DNA of 64,000 nucleotides from Mobula hypostoma (GCF_963921235.1 NC_086097.1:169944001-170008000); one strand, 5' to 3'. Counted from the first letter of the stretch, positions 47,791-61,820 are shown. Notes: a model not told the origin generated them from the letters alone. Program-made: numbers and translations.

Positions 47791-49079
47791 AGATGTGTTT
47801 GCATGCACCAACAGAATTTAAAGCTATTTCTTGAACATTTTGTAGTGTCATCAATTGTCGTCCTTTGTGCTGGAATAGCCAACGATTGAGGATTATTCTT
47901 AGACATTTCTGCAGATGCTGTCCAACTTTTAACCATCAAAAGCCCCACCTCACTTTATGTTAATATTTTATGGATTGGTTTGGCTTGTTTTAATACTATT
48001 ATCAGATGTGTCCAGACACAGTGGAGGGTAGTTGTTTCTGTGCCATCCAGACAGAGTTTTTCATACATAAACACACAGAGTTAGTACAAAATGGAAAAGC
48101 AGAATGAAAAATACTGCTGCAATACCCTGATTTAGACCATGCTTTATTGTATTAAAGCAGTTATGCCGTTGGGTATTTTAATTTCTGCAGATTTTCTTGA
48201 AATGCAATGTGTTCCTTTAATTACATTGTACAATTGAGTATTTCTTTTTTACTGTTTAAAATAATATTTCAGTTGATTAAGTTAAGCTTGTTGTAATAGC
48301 TGATAGGATTTGTCTTGTTAACACTTTGTCCAATAAAATGCCCCAGAACATTCTAGAGGGATTGGGGGTAGCAATTTTCTGGAGCGAGTGCAGGAGTTTT
48401 GAGGAAGAAAAAGGAGAAGGAGAAAGAAGGAAAGAATGGAGACAGATGACAAACATGAGTAAAGAACATAGTGAAACTCTCACAGAAACCACCTGGAAGG
48501 ACAAATACTACTGTTGGAAAATTCTTATGCCGTCAATGGTCTCATGAAGAATGTACAGACAACTTCTAATTAGCTAATTATCACATGACCTTGAAGAATG
48601 TTCAGAATGTTTGATGCCTTGTCCTCAGACTTGGCATGTATATTTATTTATGTTTTGCTTGGACTGTGTTTTCAGGCAGAATTGTTCAATACTGTGAGTA
48701 AAGGAGGTGAAACAAACTGGATTAATGATGCACCAATGAGCTCCAACAATTATGTGCACACTGTAGGCTAATTAACGTATGTGTTATAGTTTAAAATACT
48801 TTGTCAATATAATTTCAATCTAAGTTTATATTTGCATGAGCGAAATTATTGCTTCCTGGCAAATAGTAAGTTTGCATGGGTGTGACAGTGTTCATACAAG
48901 TGGTAACTTCATTTTCCCTTAAAGGAACATTCAAACTTTAATGTTTTGTGTTTACCTGAATCATATTTACTCTAGACGTGTTTATTTTTTGGAAATGGTC
49001 TTTTCATTGTGATTCCTCATGTCTCGTAGAGTTATGTTACTGTTAATTTATATTTACGGTACCAGCTAACTCATTCAAG

Positions 49080-49510
49080 CCTACAATGAGAGGGTTACAC
49101 TACATGTACAGAGAAAGTACAGTGCTGGTAGGCAGCTCAGGTACCAGGGTCATGATGCGCTTGATTGGGAGGTAAGAGTTAAGTGTATTAGAGGTTTGTT
49201 CAAGAATCTTGTAACAACAGGACTTAAGCCTGGAGGTACATGTCCTCATATCTTCTACCCAACAGGAAGGGGCAGAAATTAGGGTGGGAGGGGTGCCTGA
49301 TTATATTGGCTGATCTCCTGAGGCAGCAGGAAGTATAGATGGAGTCAATGGTGAGAAGGCTGGTTTGCATGATGGACTAGGCTGCATTCCCAACTTTGCA
49401 ATTCCTTGTGGTCTTGGCAGAGCAGTTGCCATACCAAGCTATGATGCATCTGGGTAGCATGTTTTCTAAGATGCATCTGTAAAAATTAGAGAGAGTCTGC
49501 AGAAATGCCC
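49080..49510 (-). mobile_element. Rex1/Babar-type LINE 3' fragment
   Basis: ORF 49377-49580 NFYRCILENMLPRCIIAWYGNCSA. Confidence 0.75.
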
Positions 49511-50134
49511 ACGAGCAATCTTCAATCGCTGGATATTCCAGCACAAAAGAGGAGAGTTGACAACACAATGAAATGTTCAAGAAATTGCTTTAAATTATGT
49601 AACGAGCTCTAGGCAAACAAACTGGACCTGGGATCTTCAATCATTACAGTGCTGGTTTGTTCTAAGAAGGCAACAGTTTGGAGTTCCAATTTGAAGTATA
49701 ATTTGCCAATCATGTGTCTGTAATTTTCTATGCAAACTGCACTGTGGATGAAACCAGATAAACTACTCCCTCATATTACATCTTCAAGGTCAGAGTTTTG
49801 CAACTGGATTATAAAGCAAATGAAATGAAAGAAATCCAAACCAACAGAGCACCCAATGGGGTAACGCAGAGTTTCACAGCCAGTAATTATCACTGGATTT
49901 GCTGAATATACGACCCTTTATTAAACTGTTGCTGAGCTACAGTATCTAATATAGTGTCACCAGGATTCAATACAACCATTTCTCAATTTGCTTTGTCAAA
50001 TGGAATATGGTAAATTGCATGATAATTATAAATTAACATTATCGTCACTTCAGTTAAGTGACTTTACCCAAAATGTTGTAGATCTTAATCAGCTGAATTA
50101 AAAAGCCCTTTTTTCATATTCTGTGCCCAGGGAT

Positions 50135-50775
50135 TCATAGAACATAGAACACAGAACAGGCCTTGTGGTCATGATGTTGAGCTGAACTAATTGAATTAGT
50201 AATTAAACACCTAATTAAACCCTTCTGCCTGCATAAGGTCCAAACCCCTCCATTCTCTTCACATTCATGAGGCTCGGAAAGCCCCTATCATATTTACATC
50301 CACAACCATGCATTTCAAGCACACTGTACTGTGTAAAAAAAACTTGCAGCATGTATCTCCTTTGAATTTTCCCTCTGTCACCTTAAATGCTTGCCCTCTG
50401 GTATTAGATATTTTGAACCTGGGAAGATGATTCCAGTTGCCTATTTGATCTATGCCTCTCACAATCTTCTGTCAGGACTCCTCACAGCCTTTGCCACTCC
50501 AAGGAAAACAATTCAAGTTTGTCCAACCTCTCCTGATACCACATACCCACTAATCCAGGCTATATCCTGGTAATCGTCATCTGCATCATCTCCAAAACCT
50601 CCACATCCTTCTCATAAAGGGGCCAACAGAATTGCATACAATACTCCAGATGTGGCCAAGGCAGAATTTTAGAAAGCTACAACATAACTTTCTGACTCTT
50701 GAACTTGATGTCACAACTAATACAGGCAGGCGTACCATCTTTACCATCCTATCAGCTTGTGCAGCCACATTCAGA
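50135..50775 (-). mobile_element. CR1 LINE 3' fragment
   Basis: catagaacatagaaca tail; ORF 50265-50462 MRGIDQI...TRGQAFKVTEGKFKGD. Confidence 0.75.
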
Positions 50776-50916
50776 CCATTGCACTTAAATTGCTAATCTT
50801 TACATCAAAACTGATGATATGCACCCAATATATTTACTGTATGCATACTGAGGAAAATATATACAAAGAGATATTAGGAGATATTTATTGTAAAATGATG
50901 GTGAATGTAGGCAAGT

Positions 50917-51065
50917 ACAGTGGATTTTGGTTAATTGGGCCATTGGCTAATTGAGGCAGCCATTTATTTGGGACAACTCTTAAAGAGTAAAAACTAAATT
51001 GAGAAAGTTGGGGGAGGAGACTGTTGCCAAACTGTTTCTAACTAGCAACCGTTGCTCACACTTGT
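50917..51065. mobile_element. Tigger/pogo-like terminal fragment
   Basis: TA + cagtggattttggttaattgggcc TIR-like start; no matching other end seen. Confidence 0.4.
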
Positions 51066-52699
51066 ATCCTTTTACTTCACCACTGAGTTGTGGAAATCTG
51101 GCCTGTTTGTCGGCACCTCCATTTACTGTTTTGTCTAATTATCCTATTTAATCTAATTTGTATTTCGGCTCACTAGAAGGGGTGTTGTAATCCATCAATG
51201 GACCGATATTCCACTTTAAACAGAAACCTGTGATGGGAATGGAAATTCACCGTGAGTTGATAAAGCAGTAGCAGCCCTGTACTTTCACCCAATGTGCTGG
51301 TTGCAGATTGATGAATCCTTTTGCAATTATAAAGCTAGTCCCTGAAGCATGAAACAAAAGAAACTGAAAGACAAAGAACAGCTTGGGAAATCCTATTAAG
51401 ACAGACCTGAGGCCAATGCAGCGGAGAGTGGCTAAACCATCACATATCCAAGGTTGCCTTGGACCCAGAAATGAGTGTTCTCATTGCTTTGATATGTGTT
51501 ATGGCATTTCTTATCACCTGTACTGTTAGGCTTTCAACACACATAGCTGAAAAATGTGAGGGAGAGATTCAAATCAAACATTACTGTGCTAATGGCTTCC
51601 CAAGGAGTTACCTTGTGGCTATGTTCTCTTCTGACATAGAGTTTCATTTGGTCTGATCTCTTTCTGCAGTGATCAGAAAACCCATTTCTGATTTCAGTAA
51701 ACATGACCTTGTCTTTACTAAGTGGCATATGTTAGTTCACATCTCCTTTTATCTCAAAACACAGCATTAAATGCTATTTAAAACACTGGTGTCTTCAAAG
51801 ATGAATAGAACATAATGACAGATTAAAACAATGATTTGTTATGTAGAGAGTTTTGGTCTATTGGCCCTGTAATATTGTCTGAGGATTCAGTAAAAGTTTC
51901 AAGATGCTTCTGTCACTGTTGTTTCTGAGATATAATATGAGATGTTGATATTAATTTCCCTGCAACTTACAGCAATTGTTTTTGGAGGAAAAAAACCCAA
52001 TTTTTTTCCAGAGAAAAAAAAACAATTTTTTTTCCCTTCAGTACCTCAGTTACTTTTCCATTACGGCTAACGGCTTCCTGCAACATTGCTGGAGATTTGA
52101 TAATCATTCAAACTTTTGCTTTACGCCTGATGGGATAATCTTGTGCAATCAGTAGAAAATGGATGTTCAAAACTAAAGGCAAACCTAATGATGCAGAGGT
52201 AAGGTGAAACAATGAGGGAAACATATGGTCTGGTATGGGAATTAAGCTAACCCTGAAGTGGCCACTATTGATCTTCTGCATGGAATTACTGAGGACCTAC
52301 AGTCAGGTTGTAGGTTATTTCATCCATTTGCCAGCTTCAGTGCTCAGCATCATGACTCTCCTCTACACCCCTGATGTATATACCCTTCTGCAACACATTT
52401 CTTCCTTATTTCCAGTTATTTTAATGAAGTATCTAAGATTCTAAGATGTTCTGGTTGAGGGATCTAGAAATGTGGTTTTAGCTTCAGTGTAAAACCATCC
52501 CTATTTTAAGACAAGACGACGAGAAATTTCCTTTCCTCAAAGAGTTGTGAATCTTCTGATTCTTATTGTTGGAGAACCACGGAGTTGAAGTCATTATAGT
52601 CACAGCTAAGGTCTGAGGCGCAAACTGAATATAAAGCTGGGTGCCTAACACTTTTGCACAATACTGTATTTTGTAACATAGGGAATAGCTGTAATTGCT

Positions 52700-53290
52700 A
52701 ATTGGTTTTATTATATACTGAGATACAGTGAAAAACTTTGGTTTTGCATGCATTCAAGGCAGATCATTCCATACACAAGTACATTGAGGTAGTACCAATG
52801 GAAAATCAAAAACAGAATATAGTATTACAATTCAGAGAAAGTGCAGTGCATGGAAGGAAATAAGGTACAATAACCATAGTGAGATAGAATGTGTTATCAA
52901 AAGCTCACCTTTGTCATACAAGATGTCCATTCAAAAATCTTATAACAGCAGGATAGAAGCTGTCCTGGAGACTTCTGAACACAGCCAAGCCACTGGGAAG
53001 TTCAGATGCAGTCAATGGAGAGGAGGCTGGTTTTCAGATGGACTTGGCTGAGTTCACAAGTCTCTGCACTTTCTGCTGATCTTGGGTACAGCTATTGCCA
53101 TACCAAGCACTGATGCATCTGAATAGGATCCATGGTGATTCTGTAAAAATTGGTGATGGTCACTGGGGCATGTCTAATTTCCCTTGGCTTTTGAAGAATT
53201 TAAGGTACTGTATTGCTTTCTTGACCATCATGTCAATGTGACTGGACCATGTCAAGATATTGATGAAATGTGCACCTTGGAACTTACTGT
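52700..53290 (-). mobile_element. Rex1/Babar-type LINE 3' fragment
   Basis: ttggttttattat...gatacagtgaaaaactttg tail; ttgccataccaagc (AWYGN) remnant. Confidence 0.7.
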
Positions 53291-53397
53291 AATTATACAT
53301 AGTATTGGGAGTGACTGCTGTGGTTGCTTCAGAATCACTTCTTTAATTGTAGGGTCAGGTGATGGTAGCATGCTTGATTGCAACAGAGGAGTCAGTC

Positions 53398-53655
53398 TAG
53401 ACATAGATATAGACACACTTTATTGATCCCGAGGGAAATTGGGTTTCGTTACAGCTGCACCAACCAAGAATAGAGCATAAATATAGCAATACAAAAACCA
53501 CAAACAATCAAACAACAATATGCAAACTATGCCAGATGGAAATAAGTCCAGGACCAGCCTATTGGCTCAGGGTGTCTGACCCTCCACAGGAGGAGCTGCA
53601 AAGTTCGATGGCCACAGGCAGGAACAACCTCCCATGACGCCCAGCGTTACATCTA
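53398..53655 (-). mobile_element. Young short LINE 3' end (Rex1-like)
   Basis: gacatagatatagaca tail, tttattgatcccgagggaaatt hairpin region, gccacaggcaggaacaacc (SFLPVA-like) remnant. Confidence 0.55.
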
Positions 53656-54133
53656 GAGGAGCCAAAACAGAAAATATCAGAAATGCTCGGCAAGTTAGGT
53701 AGCATTCAGAGATAATGGACCTACATTTGGGGAGGACACGGAAACAAAGTCCACAAATTTAAAAAAATAACCTGATAAATCTGGTGAGGAATGGGGGGGG
53801 GGGGGGAAGAAATGGGAAGTTAGATTGTTAAGTTCAATACCACTTGGATTTATTAAGGCCAAGGTCTAAACATATGAGTTGACCTCCTGAGCCTACTCCA
53901 CCATTCTGCTGTTCTGATTTGTTGGCCTCTCTCAATATTCGCGCTGAATCCCTATGACCCTTGATTACTCTGATCTATCTGCCTGAACCTTGAATGTACT
54001 CAACGATTTGGCCTAACCAGTTCTCTGAGACAGGGTACTTCACAAATCCACAGTCTTGTGACACAATAAATTCCTCCTCATTTTGGTTTCAGGTATCCTT
54101 TCATCCTGAAATTATGTGTAGCTCCAAGCTTGA

Positions 54134-54359
54134 TACAAGAGACACTGCAGATGCTGGAAATCCAGACCAACACACAAGATGGTCCAGGAACTCATCAGGT
54201 CAGGCAGCGTCTACAGAGGGAAATGAACAGTTGACATTTCAGGCTGAGATGCTTCATCATTAATCCTGATGAAGTGTCTTGGCCCAAACCTCAACTGTTC
54301 ACTTTCCTCCATAGATGTTGCCTGAGCCATTGAATTCCTCCATCATTTTTTGTGTGTTT
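54134..54359. mobile_element. Penelope-derived fold-back mini-element (older)
   Basis: Inverted arms around cttcatca-ttaatcc-tgatgaag (axis near 54263); long left tail ctgcagatgctggaaatccag. Confidence 0.75.
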
Positions 54360-55059
54360 AGACCATAAATTTGTCATGTTGTATGGAAATGTAGTTAAAA
54401 TTATAGATTTCTAAACACATTATTCACCTATACAATAAAAGCTGTGGCATACTAACCATAGCAATAATTATCACTCGCTTTGATTGAGTTTAATTTTCTA
54501 CAGTACTCCACCAGACTTTCAGCTTCTGTTGATGGGATTGATGTCTTTTAAAAACCTACCGAGGGCCAAAGCCCACCTAACAAACATATTTCATTTGTGA
54601 CAAGGTGCTCCAGACATATAATTCTCGAGTTTAAGGAAACCATCTTAACTTCTGCCTGTAGCATTTAATGCAATGGTTTTGTGGAAAAAAGAGATTTATG
54701 ATGCAGTTTCAACTCTCTGTAGGATATTAGAGTCATAGAAGATATAGACCATTTGGCCCACAGTGCTTCTTCTGGGAAGGACCTCAGTTTATGAATCAAC
54801 ATGACTACAGTTAATCTACTATTCTATCTTAATGTTGAATCTTAATTTCAGATAACTTGCTCTTTCTTTCAGTGAGTATCTCTATCAGGACTACTCATTT
54901 TTGTTTGCTCTTATTTCTCTTTCATTTATATAACCAGGCCTGCTCAGCACTTCACAGTAGACCAGACAAAATGATGTCAGCCAAGACTTCACAGTGTTAG
55001 CAACAAACCACACAGACAATGAGCTCATCTGTCCGTTTCACCCTAGTAAAGATATTTTC

Positions 55060-56010
55060 CTTGATCCTTATTTATTGAATACGATATTCAAGTTTGCCCA
55101 TGACTCCACTGTCGTAGGTGCTGATGAATCAGCATACAGGAGGGAGATGAGGGGTGTAATAACAACAACTTCTTACTCAGTATCAGAAGACCAAGGAGTA
55201 GATTATAGACTTCAGGAGAAGGAAACAAGAGGTCCATTAGCCAGTCCTCATCATAGGATCAGAGGTGGAAAGGGTAACTCCCAGCAGTTATTATTTTGGA
55301 CGACCTGTCTTGGGCCCAGCAGGCAAGTGCCATCACAAAGAAAGCATGGCAGTGCCTGTACTTCCTTAGGAGTTTGCAGAGATTCAACCTGACGCCTAAA
55401 ACTTTGACAAACTTCTATTGATGAGTAGGGGAGAGTATATTGATTTCACGGCCCGGTATGGAAACACCAATGTCCTTGAGTGGAAAATCCTACAAAAAGT
55501 AATGGATCCAGCCCAGTCCATTATGGGTAAAGCTCTTACAACCCATTGAGCACATCTACATGAAAGCTTGTCGCAAGAAAGCAGTATCTATCATCAGGGA
55601 GCCCCGCCATCCAGACTACGTTCTCTTCTTGCTGCTGCCATCAGGGAGAAGATACAAGAACCTCAGTATTCATGCCACCAAGTTCAGGAACAGTTACTAC
55701 CTATCAGGCTCTTGAACCAGTGGGGATAACTTCACTCACTTCATCACAACCAATGGACTCACTTTCAAGGACTCTTCATCTGACGTTCTCGATATTTATT
55801 TATTATTGCTATTTCTTCTTTTTGTACTTGCAGTGTGTTGTCTTCTGCACTCTGGTTGAACACCCTAGTTGGGTGGTCTTTCATTGCTTCTATTATGGTT
55901 ATTATTCTATAGATTTATTGAGTATACCCACTAGAAAATGAATCTCAGGGTTGTATATGGTGACATACATGTACTTTGATGATAAAAATGTACTTTGAAC
56001 TTTGAACTTC
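55060..56010 (+). mobile_element. Rex1/Babar-type LINE, 5'-truncated
   Basis: IFKFAHDSTVVG..DESAYRREM (degenerate KFADD RT motif) in ORF 54994-55392; tail tactttgaactttgaactt. Confidence 0.85.
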
Positions 56011-56049
56011 ATTGCCCTTCCCTTAAGAATCTTCAGTGAGAAGAGGCCG

Positions 56050-58050
56050 AGACTAACATAAGTTTCTAGCAAGTTTTTTTCTTTGTTAATACATGCTTGG
56101 AACAGTGGGAATGAGAGGTGGGACAGTGGAGGGCTGCATTTGCAGGATGTAGTAAGTCAGGGAGACCTCCTGTCTCCCTGACGACTGAACCTGCAAGACT
56201 GCATCCAGTTGCAGCTTCTTACTGACTGTGTCAGAGAACTGGAGCTGGAGCTGGATGACCTTCAGATCATTCAGGAGACAGAGGGGTTGATTTATAGGAG
56301 TTAAAGGGAAGTATTTACATCTGAGATGCAGGATACAGGTAACTGGGTGACTGTCAAGCAAAGGGAAGGGGAAAGACAGCCAGTGCAGGGTATCCTTTTC
56401 TGTGACTGTTCCCCTCAATAGCAAGTAAAGTATATTGCTTGCCTGGAGGGGCATGATCCAGCAAAGGAAAGTCACAGCAGTCAGGTCTCTGGTACTGAGT
56501 CTGGCTCTGAATGGGGGAGATGAGGTGAGCAGTACTGATAGTGGATTCTTTGATTCTTGGAGCTGACAGGAGGCTTTGTGGACAAGAACATGACTCCTGC
56601 ATGGTATGTTGCCTCTCAGATGCCAGGGTCTGTGACTTCTCAGATCGAGGCCATAGCATTCTTAAGGGTGACGAGCTACAGGTCATGGTCCACAGGAAGT
56701 GTGACAAGGTCCTGAAAAGAGGTATTTAAAATGTCCTGAACCATGGAGAGGTGCCAGAGGACTGGAGGATATTGAATGTTGTTCAGTTCTTCAAGAAAAG
56801 CTCTAAGAATAGGCCAAGAAATTATAGTCTGGTGAGCCTGTCATCAGTATTAGGTAAATTATTCTAAGGGACAGGATATATAAGTATTCAGATAGACAGG
56901 GCCTGATTTGGGATAGTCAACATGGCTTTGTGTGTGGTAGGTCATGCCTAACCAATCTTACAGAGTTTTTTGAGGAAGTTACCAGGGAAGTTGATGAAGG
57001 CAAGGCAGTGGATGTTGTCTACATGGACTTTAGCAAGGCAGTTAACAAGGCCCTGCATGGGAGGCCGGTCAGGAAGTTTCAGTCACTTGGTATTGTTAAG
57101 ATGAGGTAGTAAATTGGATTAGACATTAGCTTTGTGGCAGAAGCCTGAGAGTGGTAGTAGATGATTGTTTTTCTGACTGGAGGTCTGCGACTAGTGGGGT
57201 AATGCAGGGATTGATACTGAGCCTGTTGTTTGTCATGTATATCAATGATAATGTGGTTAACCAGATCAGCCAGTTTGCAGATGACACTAACATTGGCGGT
57301 GTAGGGAAGACTATCAGAGCTTGCAGTTTAACAGCTGGAAAAATGGGCTAAAGATGGCAGATAGAATTTAATGCAGGGAAGTCTGATGTGGCACCTCTGT
57401 AGGACAAACCAGAGAAGGACTTACACAGTGAATGGTCGGGCACTGAGGACTGCAGTAGAACTCAGGGATTTGGGAATAGAGGTTCATAATTTCTTGAAAG
57501 TGGTATCACAGGTAGATAGGGTCATAAAGAAAGCTTTTGGCATATTGGCCGTCATAAATCATTTGTATTGAGTGCAGGAGTTGGGATGTTATGTTGATGT
57601 TATATAAAATGTTGATGAGGCCAAATTTAGTGTATTATGGTCACTAACCTCCAGGAAAGATATCAGTAAGATTGAACAAGTACAGAGAAAATTTATAAGG
57701 ATGCTGACAGTACTTGCAGACCTGAGTTATAGGGAAAGTTTGAATAAGTCAGGTTGTTTTTCACTGAGGTTGGGTGAGGTATAGGTCATAGGTTAAGGGT
57801 GAAAGGTGAAATATTTAAGGGAAACCTGAGGAAGAACTTCTTCACTCAGAGTGTGATGTGAGTGTGAAATGAGCTGCCGGCAGAAGTGGTTGATATGGGT
57901 TTGACTAGCATTTGAGAGAAATTTGGATAAATACATGAATGGGAGGGGAATGGAAGGTGTCGAGGAGACTAGGCAGAATAATGGTTCTTGATGGACTGGA
58001 TGCCAAAGGGCTTGTTTCTGTGTTGTGGTGCTCTGTGGCTCTATGACTCT
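56050..58050 (+). mobile_element. CR1 LINE with ORF1 (SGNH esterase-like) joined by internal deletion to the RT region
   Basis: ORF 56541-56729 DSLILGADRRLCG...MVCCLSDARVCD (GDS..RG esterase motif); junction near 56730; QHGF, DFSKA, SQFADDT remnants; ctctatgactct tail. Confidence 0.85.
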
Positions 58051-58450
58051 TTCTCTGCAACCTAACCTAGCCTGCTTCCTTTCTTTCTCAGTTCTGACTA
58101 CATCAAACATTACCTGTTTCTCTTTGCAAGGATGCGTTGAGTTTTTTTTAAGCATTTTCAGTTTTCATTTAAAATTTTTATCATCTGTAGTTTTTAATTG
58201 ATTCTCAAAGCTATTTGCCATTTTTCGTGGATGTATGAGCAATTTGCAACTTTGTGACTGGCCTTTAAGATCGAGAGGTTCTCAATTCCATCCTGAATGT
58301 CGTCCACATCTCTGAGTGGCATTTGCCAAAGATTCCTAGGAGCCACTGGGCATGTCTCAGTGAGCATGTCCTTGAAATCTTTTCTTTAACCACCTGTCAA
58401 CCCTTTCCCTCATTTATCTCAGAGTCAATTTTCCAAACACCAGTCCCATT

Positions 58451-60580
58451 TAGAAACATAGAAACACAGAAAATAGGTGCAGGAGTAGGCCATTCGGCCC
58501 TTCGAGCCTGCACCGCCATTTATTATGATCATGGCTGATCATCCAACTCAGAACCCCGCCCCAGCCTTCCCTCCATACCCCCTGACCCCCGTAGCCACAA
58601 GGGCCATATCTAACTCCCTCTTAAATATAGCCAATGAACTGGCCTCAACTGTTTCCTGTGGCAGAGAATTCCACAGATTCACCACTCTCTGTGTGAAGAA
58701 GTTTTTCCTAACCTCGGTCCTAAAAGGCTTCCCCTCTATCCTCAAACTGTGGCCCCTCATTTTGGACTTCCCCAACATCGGGAACAATCTTCCTGCATCT
58801 AGCCTGTCCAATCCCTTTAGGATCTTATACGTTTCAATCAGATCCCCCCTCAATCTTCTAAATTCCAACGAGTACAAGCCCAGTTCATCCAGTCTTTCTT
58901 CATATGAAAGTCCTACCATCCCAGGAATCAATCTGGTGAACCTTCTTTGTACTCCCTGTATGGCAAGGATGTCTTTCCTCAGATTAGGGGACCAAAACTG
59001 CACACAATACTCCAGGTGTGGTCTCACCAAGGCCTTGTACAACTGCAGTAGTACCTCCCTGCTCCTGTACTCGAATCCTCTCGCTATAAATGCCAGCATA
59101 CCATTCACCTTTTTCACCGCCTGCTGTACCTGCATGCCCACTTTCAATGACTGGTGTATAATGACACCCAGGTCTCGTTGCACCTCCCCTCTTCCTAATC
59201 GGCCACCATTCAGATAATAATCTGTTTTCCTATTTTTGCCACCAAAGTGGATAACTTCACATTTATCCACATTAAATTGCATCTGCCATGAATTTGCCCA
59301 CTCACCCAACCTATCCAAGTCACCCTGCATCCTCTTAGCATCCTCCTCACAGCTAACACTGCCACCCAGCTTCGTGTAATCCGCAAACTTGGAGATGCTG
59401 CATTTAATTCCCTCATCCAAGTCATTAATATATATTGTAAACAACTGGGGTCCCAGCACTGAGCCTTGCGGTACCCCACTAGTCACCGCCTGCCATTCTG
59501 AAAAGGTCCCGTTTATTCCCACTCTTTGCTTCCTGTCTGCTAACCAATTCTCCACCCACACCAATACCTTACCCCCAATACCGTGTGCTTTAAGTTTGCA
59601 CACTAATCTCCTGTGTGGGACCTTGTCAAAAGTCTTCTGAAAATCCAAATATACCACATCCACTGGTTCTCCCCTATCCACTCTACTAGTTACATCCTCA
59701 AAAAATTCCATGAGATTCGTCAGACATGATTTTCCTTTCACAAATCCATGCTGACTTTGTCTGATGATTTCACCGCTTTCCAAATGTGCTGTTATCACAT
59801 CTTTGATAACTGACTCCAGCAGTTTCCCCACCACCGACGTTAGGCTAACCGGTCTATAATTCCCCGGTTTCTCTCTCCCTCCTTTTTTAAAAAGTGGAGT
59901 TACATTAGCCACCCTCCAATCCTCAGGAACTAGTCCAGAATCTAACGAGTTTTGAAAAATTATCACTAATGCATCCACTATTTCTTGGGCTACTTCCTTA
60001 AGCACTCTAGGATGCAGACCATCTGGCCCTGGGGATTTATCTGCCTTCAATCCCTTCAATTTACCTAACACCACTTCCCTACTAACATGTATTTCGCTCA
60101 GTTCCTCCATCTCACTGGACCCTCTGTCCCCTACTATTTCTGGAAGATTATTTATGTCCTCCTTAGTGAAGACAGAACCAAAGTAATTATTCAATTGGTC
60201 TGCCATGTCCTTGCTCCCCATAATCAATTCACCTGTTTCTGTCTGCAGGGGACCTACATTTGTCTTTACCAGTCTTTTCCTTTTTACGTGTCTATAAAAG
60301 CTTTTACAGTCCGTTTTTATGTTCCCTGCCAGTTTTCTCTCATAATCTTTTTTCCCCTTCCTAATTAAGCCCTTTGTCCTCCTCTGCTGAACTCTGAATT
60401 TCTCCCAGTCCTCAGGTGAGCCACTTTCTCTGGCTAATTTGTATGCTTCTTCTTTAGAATTGATACTATCCCTAATTTCCCTTGTCAGCCACGGGTGCAC
60501 TACCTTCCTTGATTTATTCTTTTGCCAAACTGGGATGAACATTTGTTGTAGTTCATCCATGCAACCTTTAAATGCTTGCC
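58451..60580 (-). mobile_element. Young 5'-truncated CR1 LINE
   Basis: Uninterrupted ORF2 fragment, 3' UTR and (tttctatg)n-type tail at 58451-58472. Confidence 0.95.
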
Positions 60581-60584
60581 ACAT
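58548..60584 (-). pseudogene. CR1 ORF2 reverse transcriptase fragment (678 aa, no endonuclease, FADD changed to FADY)
   Basis: PGPDG, NYRPVSLTS, QHGF, LDFQKTFDKV, SGVPQGSVLGP, KFADYTKLGG, RDLGV, LVRPHLEYC motifs. Confidence 0.93.
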
Positions 60585-60609
60585 TAAATTCCAAATCTGC
60601 CGCTTTCTT

Positions 60610-61480
60610 GAGAATACTCATCTACTGAGCTTCCACAACTGGGAGTAATGTACTTGTAGAGATTGAGGACTAGTTAATGGACAGAAAACAGAGAGTAGGG
60701 CTAAAGGTTAATTTTTGTGTTGGGAATCGTGACTAGTAGGGTGCTGCAGAGACAATCACGTGTTCACAATCTAACTCAATGAGGGGATTAAGTGTAATAT
60801 ATTCAAGTTTGTGGATAATACAGGGCCAGATGGCAGTATAGACTGACAAGAAGATGTAGAGACACTTTAGGAGAATATGGACAGGTTATATGAAAGAGCA
60901 AAAATTGAATATATTGTGAAAAAATATGAGGTAATCCAGTTTGGTAGAAAAATGAGGAATATTGAGTTTTTTAAATGATAAAACATTGAGGGGGTGTTAG
61001 CATTTAGTGGAAGCTAGGCGATCTTGTCATCATCATCATCAGGTACCGTGCCCAGTTTGAGCTTTGACTGCCATGGCCCACATGCTGCTGTTTCGGGTCA
61101 AGTGGATCAATTCATTGGTGTTCATTTCCAGTTCTCTGGAAATCTTGTACATAAGTTATTAATAGTTAATGTACAAGTAAAGAGAGTAATTTAGAAGGGC
61201 TGTTTTGCAAGAGGATTTAATACAAAAGTAGAGATAATTTGCTGTAATTATATAGAGTTCTGGCGAGTCAGCTCCTGAACTATGGATTTGGTCTCTGCTC
61301 TCCCCACCTAAGGAAGTATATACATGCAACAGACAGAATGCTGTGAATATTGGCCACATTGATTCATACCATAGTGGATCTGCAGTGTGATTAAGGGGAC
61401 TGGTCATATATTCTGAGTTCAGGAAACTGAGAGGAGCCCTTATTGAAATGTATCCAATTAGAAGATTTTGTTGACACAGT
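60610..61480 (+). mobile_element. Degraded CR1 RT fragment
   Basis: acagaaaacagagagtagggcta...gtgactagtagggtgctgcag...attcaagtttgtggataatac. Confidence 0.65.
61028..61141 (-). mobile_element. Short LINE 3' end (RTE-like) with (gat)n tail and 7-bp TSD
   Basis: atcttgt at 61021-61027 and 61142-61148; catcatcatcatc at the tail end. Confidence 0.6.
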
Positions 61481-61504
61481 GGACAGTAATTAGTGCTGAT
61501 CTAG

Positions 61505-61820
61505 AGTCTCATAGATCATTACAGCACAGAAATAGGCCCTTCAGCCCAACCTATTCATGCTGACCATGTTGACAGACTGAGCTGATCCCATTTGCCCACA
61601 TTGGGACCACATCCCTCGTAACCTTTCCTATCCATGAACCTGTCCAAATGCTTTTTAAGTGTCATGATTGCACCAGTCTCTACCACTTCTCTGGCGGCTT
61701 GTTCCATATACACACTATCCTCTGTGTGAAAAACGTGCTTCTCAGGTCCCTTTTAAATCGCTTGCCTCTCACCTTAAACCTAGGCCCTCTAGTTTTGGAC
61801 TTCCCAACCCTGGGAAAGTG
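61505..61820 (-). mobile_element. CR1 LINE 3' end
   Basis: acagcacagaaataggcccttcagccca...ctctcaccttaaacctaggccctctagt. Confidence 0.75.

Noticed and set aside
48326..48547. 73-aa charged ORF as a host exon
   Set aside because: Resembles a decayed RTE-type LINE C-terminus and lacks splice signals; assignment too weak to list as a feature
58525..59217. 230-aa plus-strand ORF
   Set aside because: Antisense shadow of the CR1 ORF2; no independent evidence of coding
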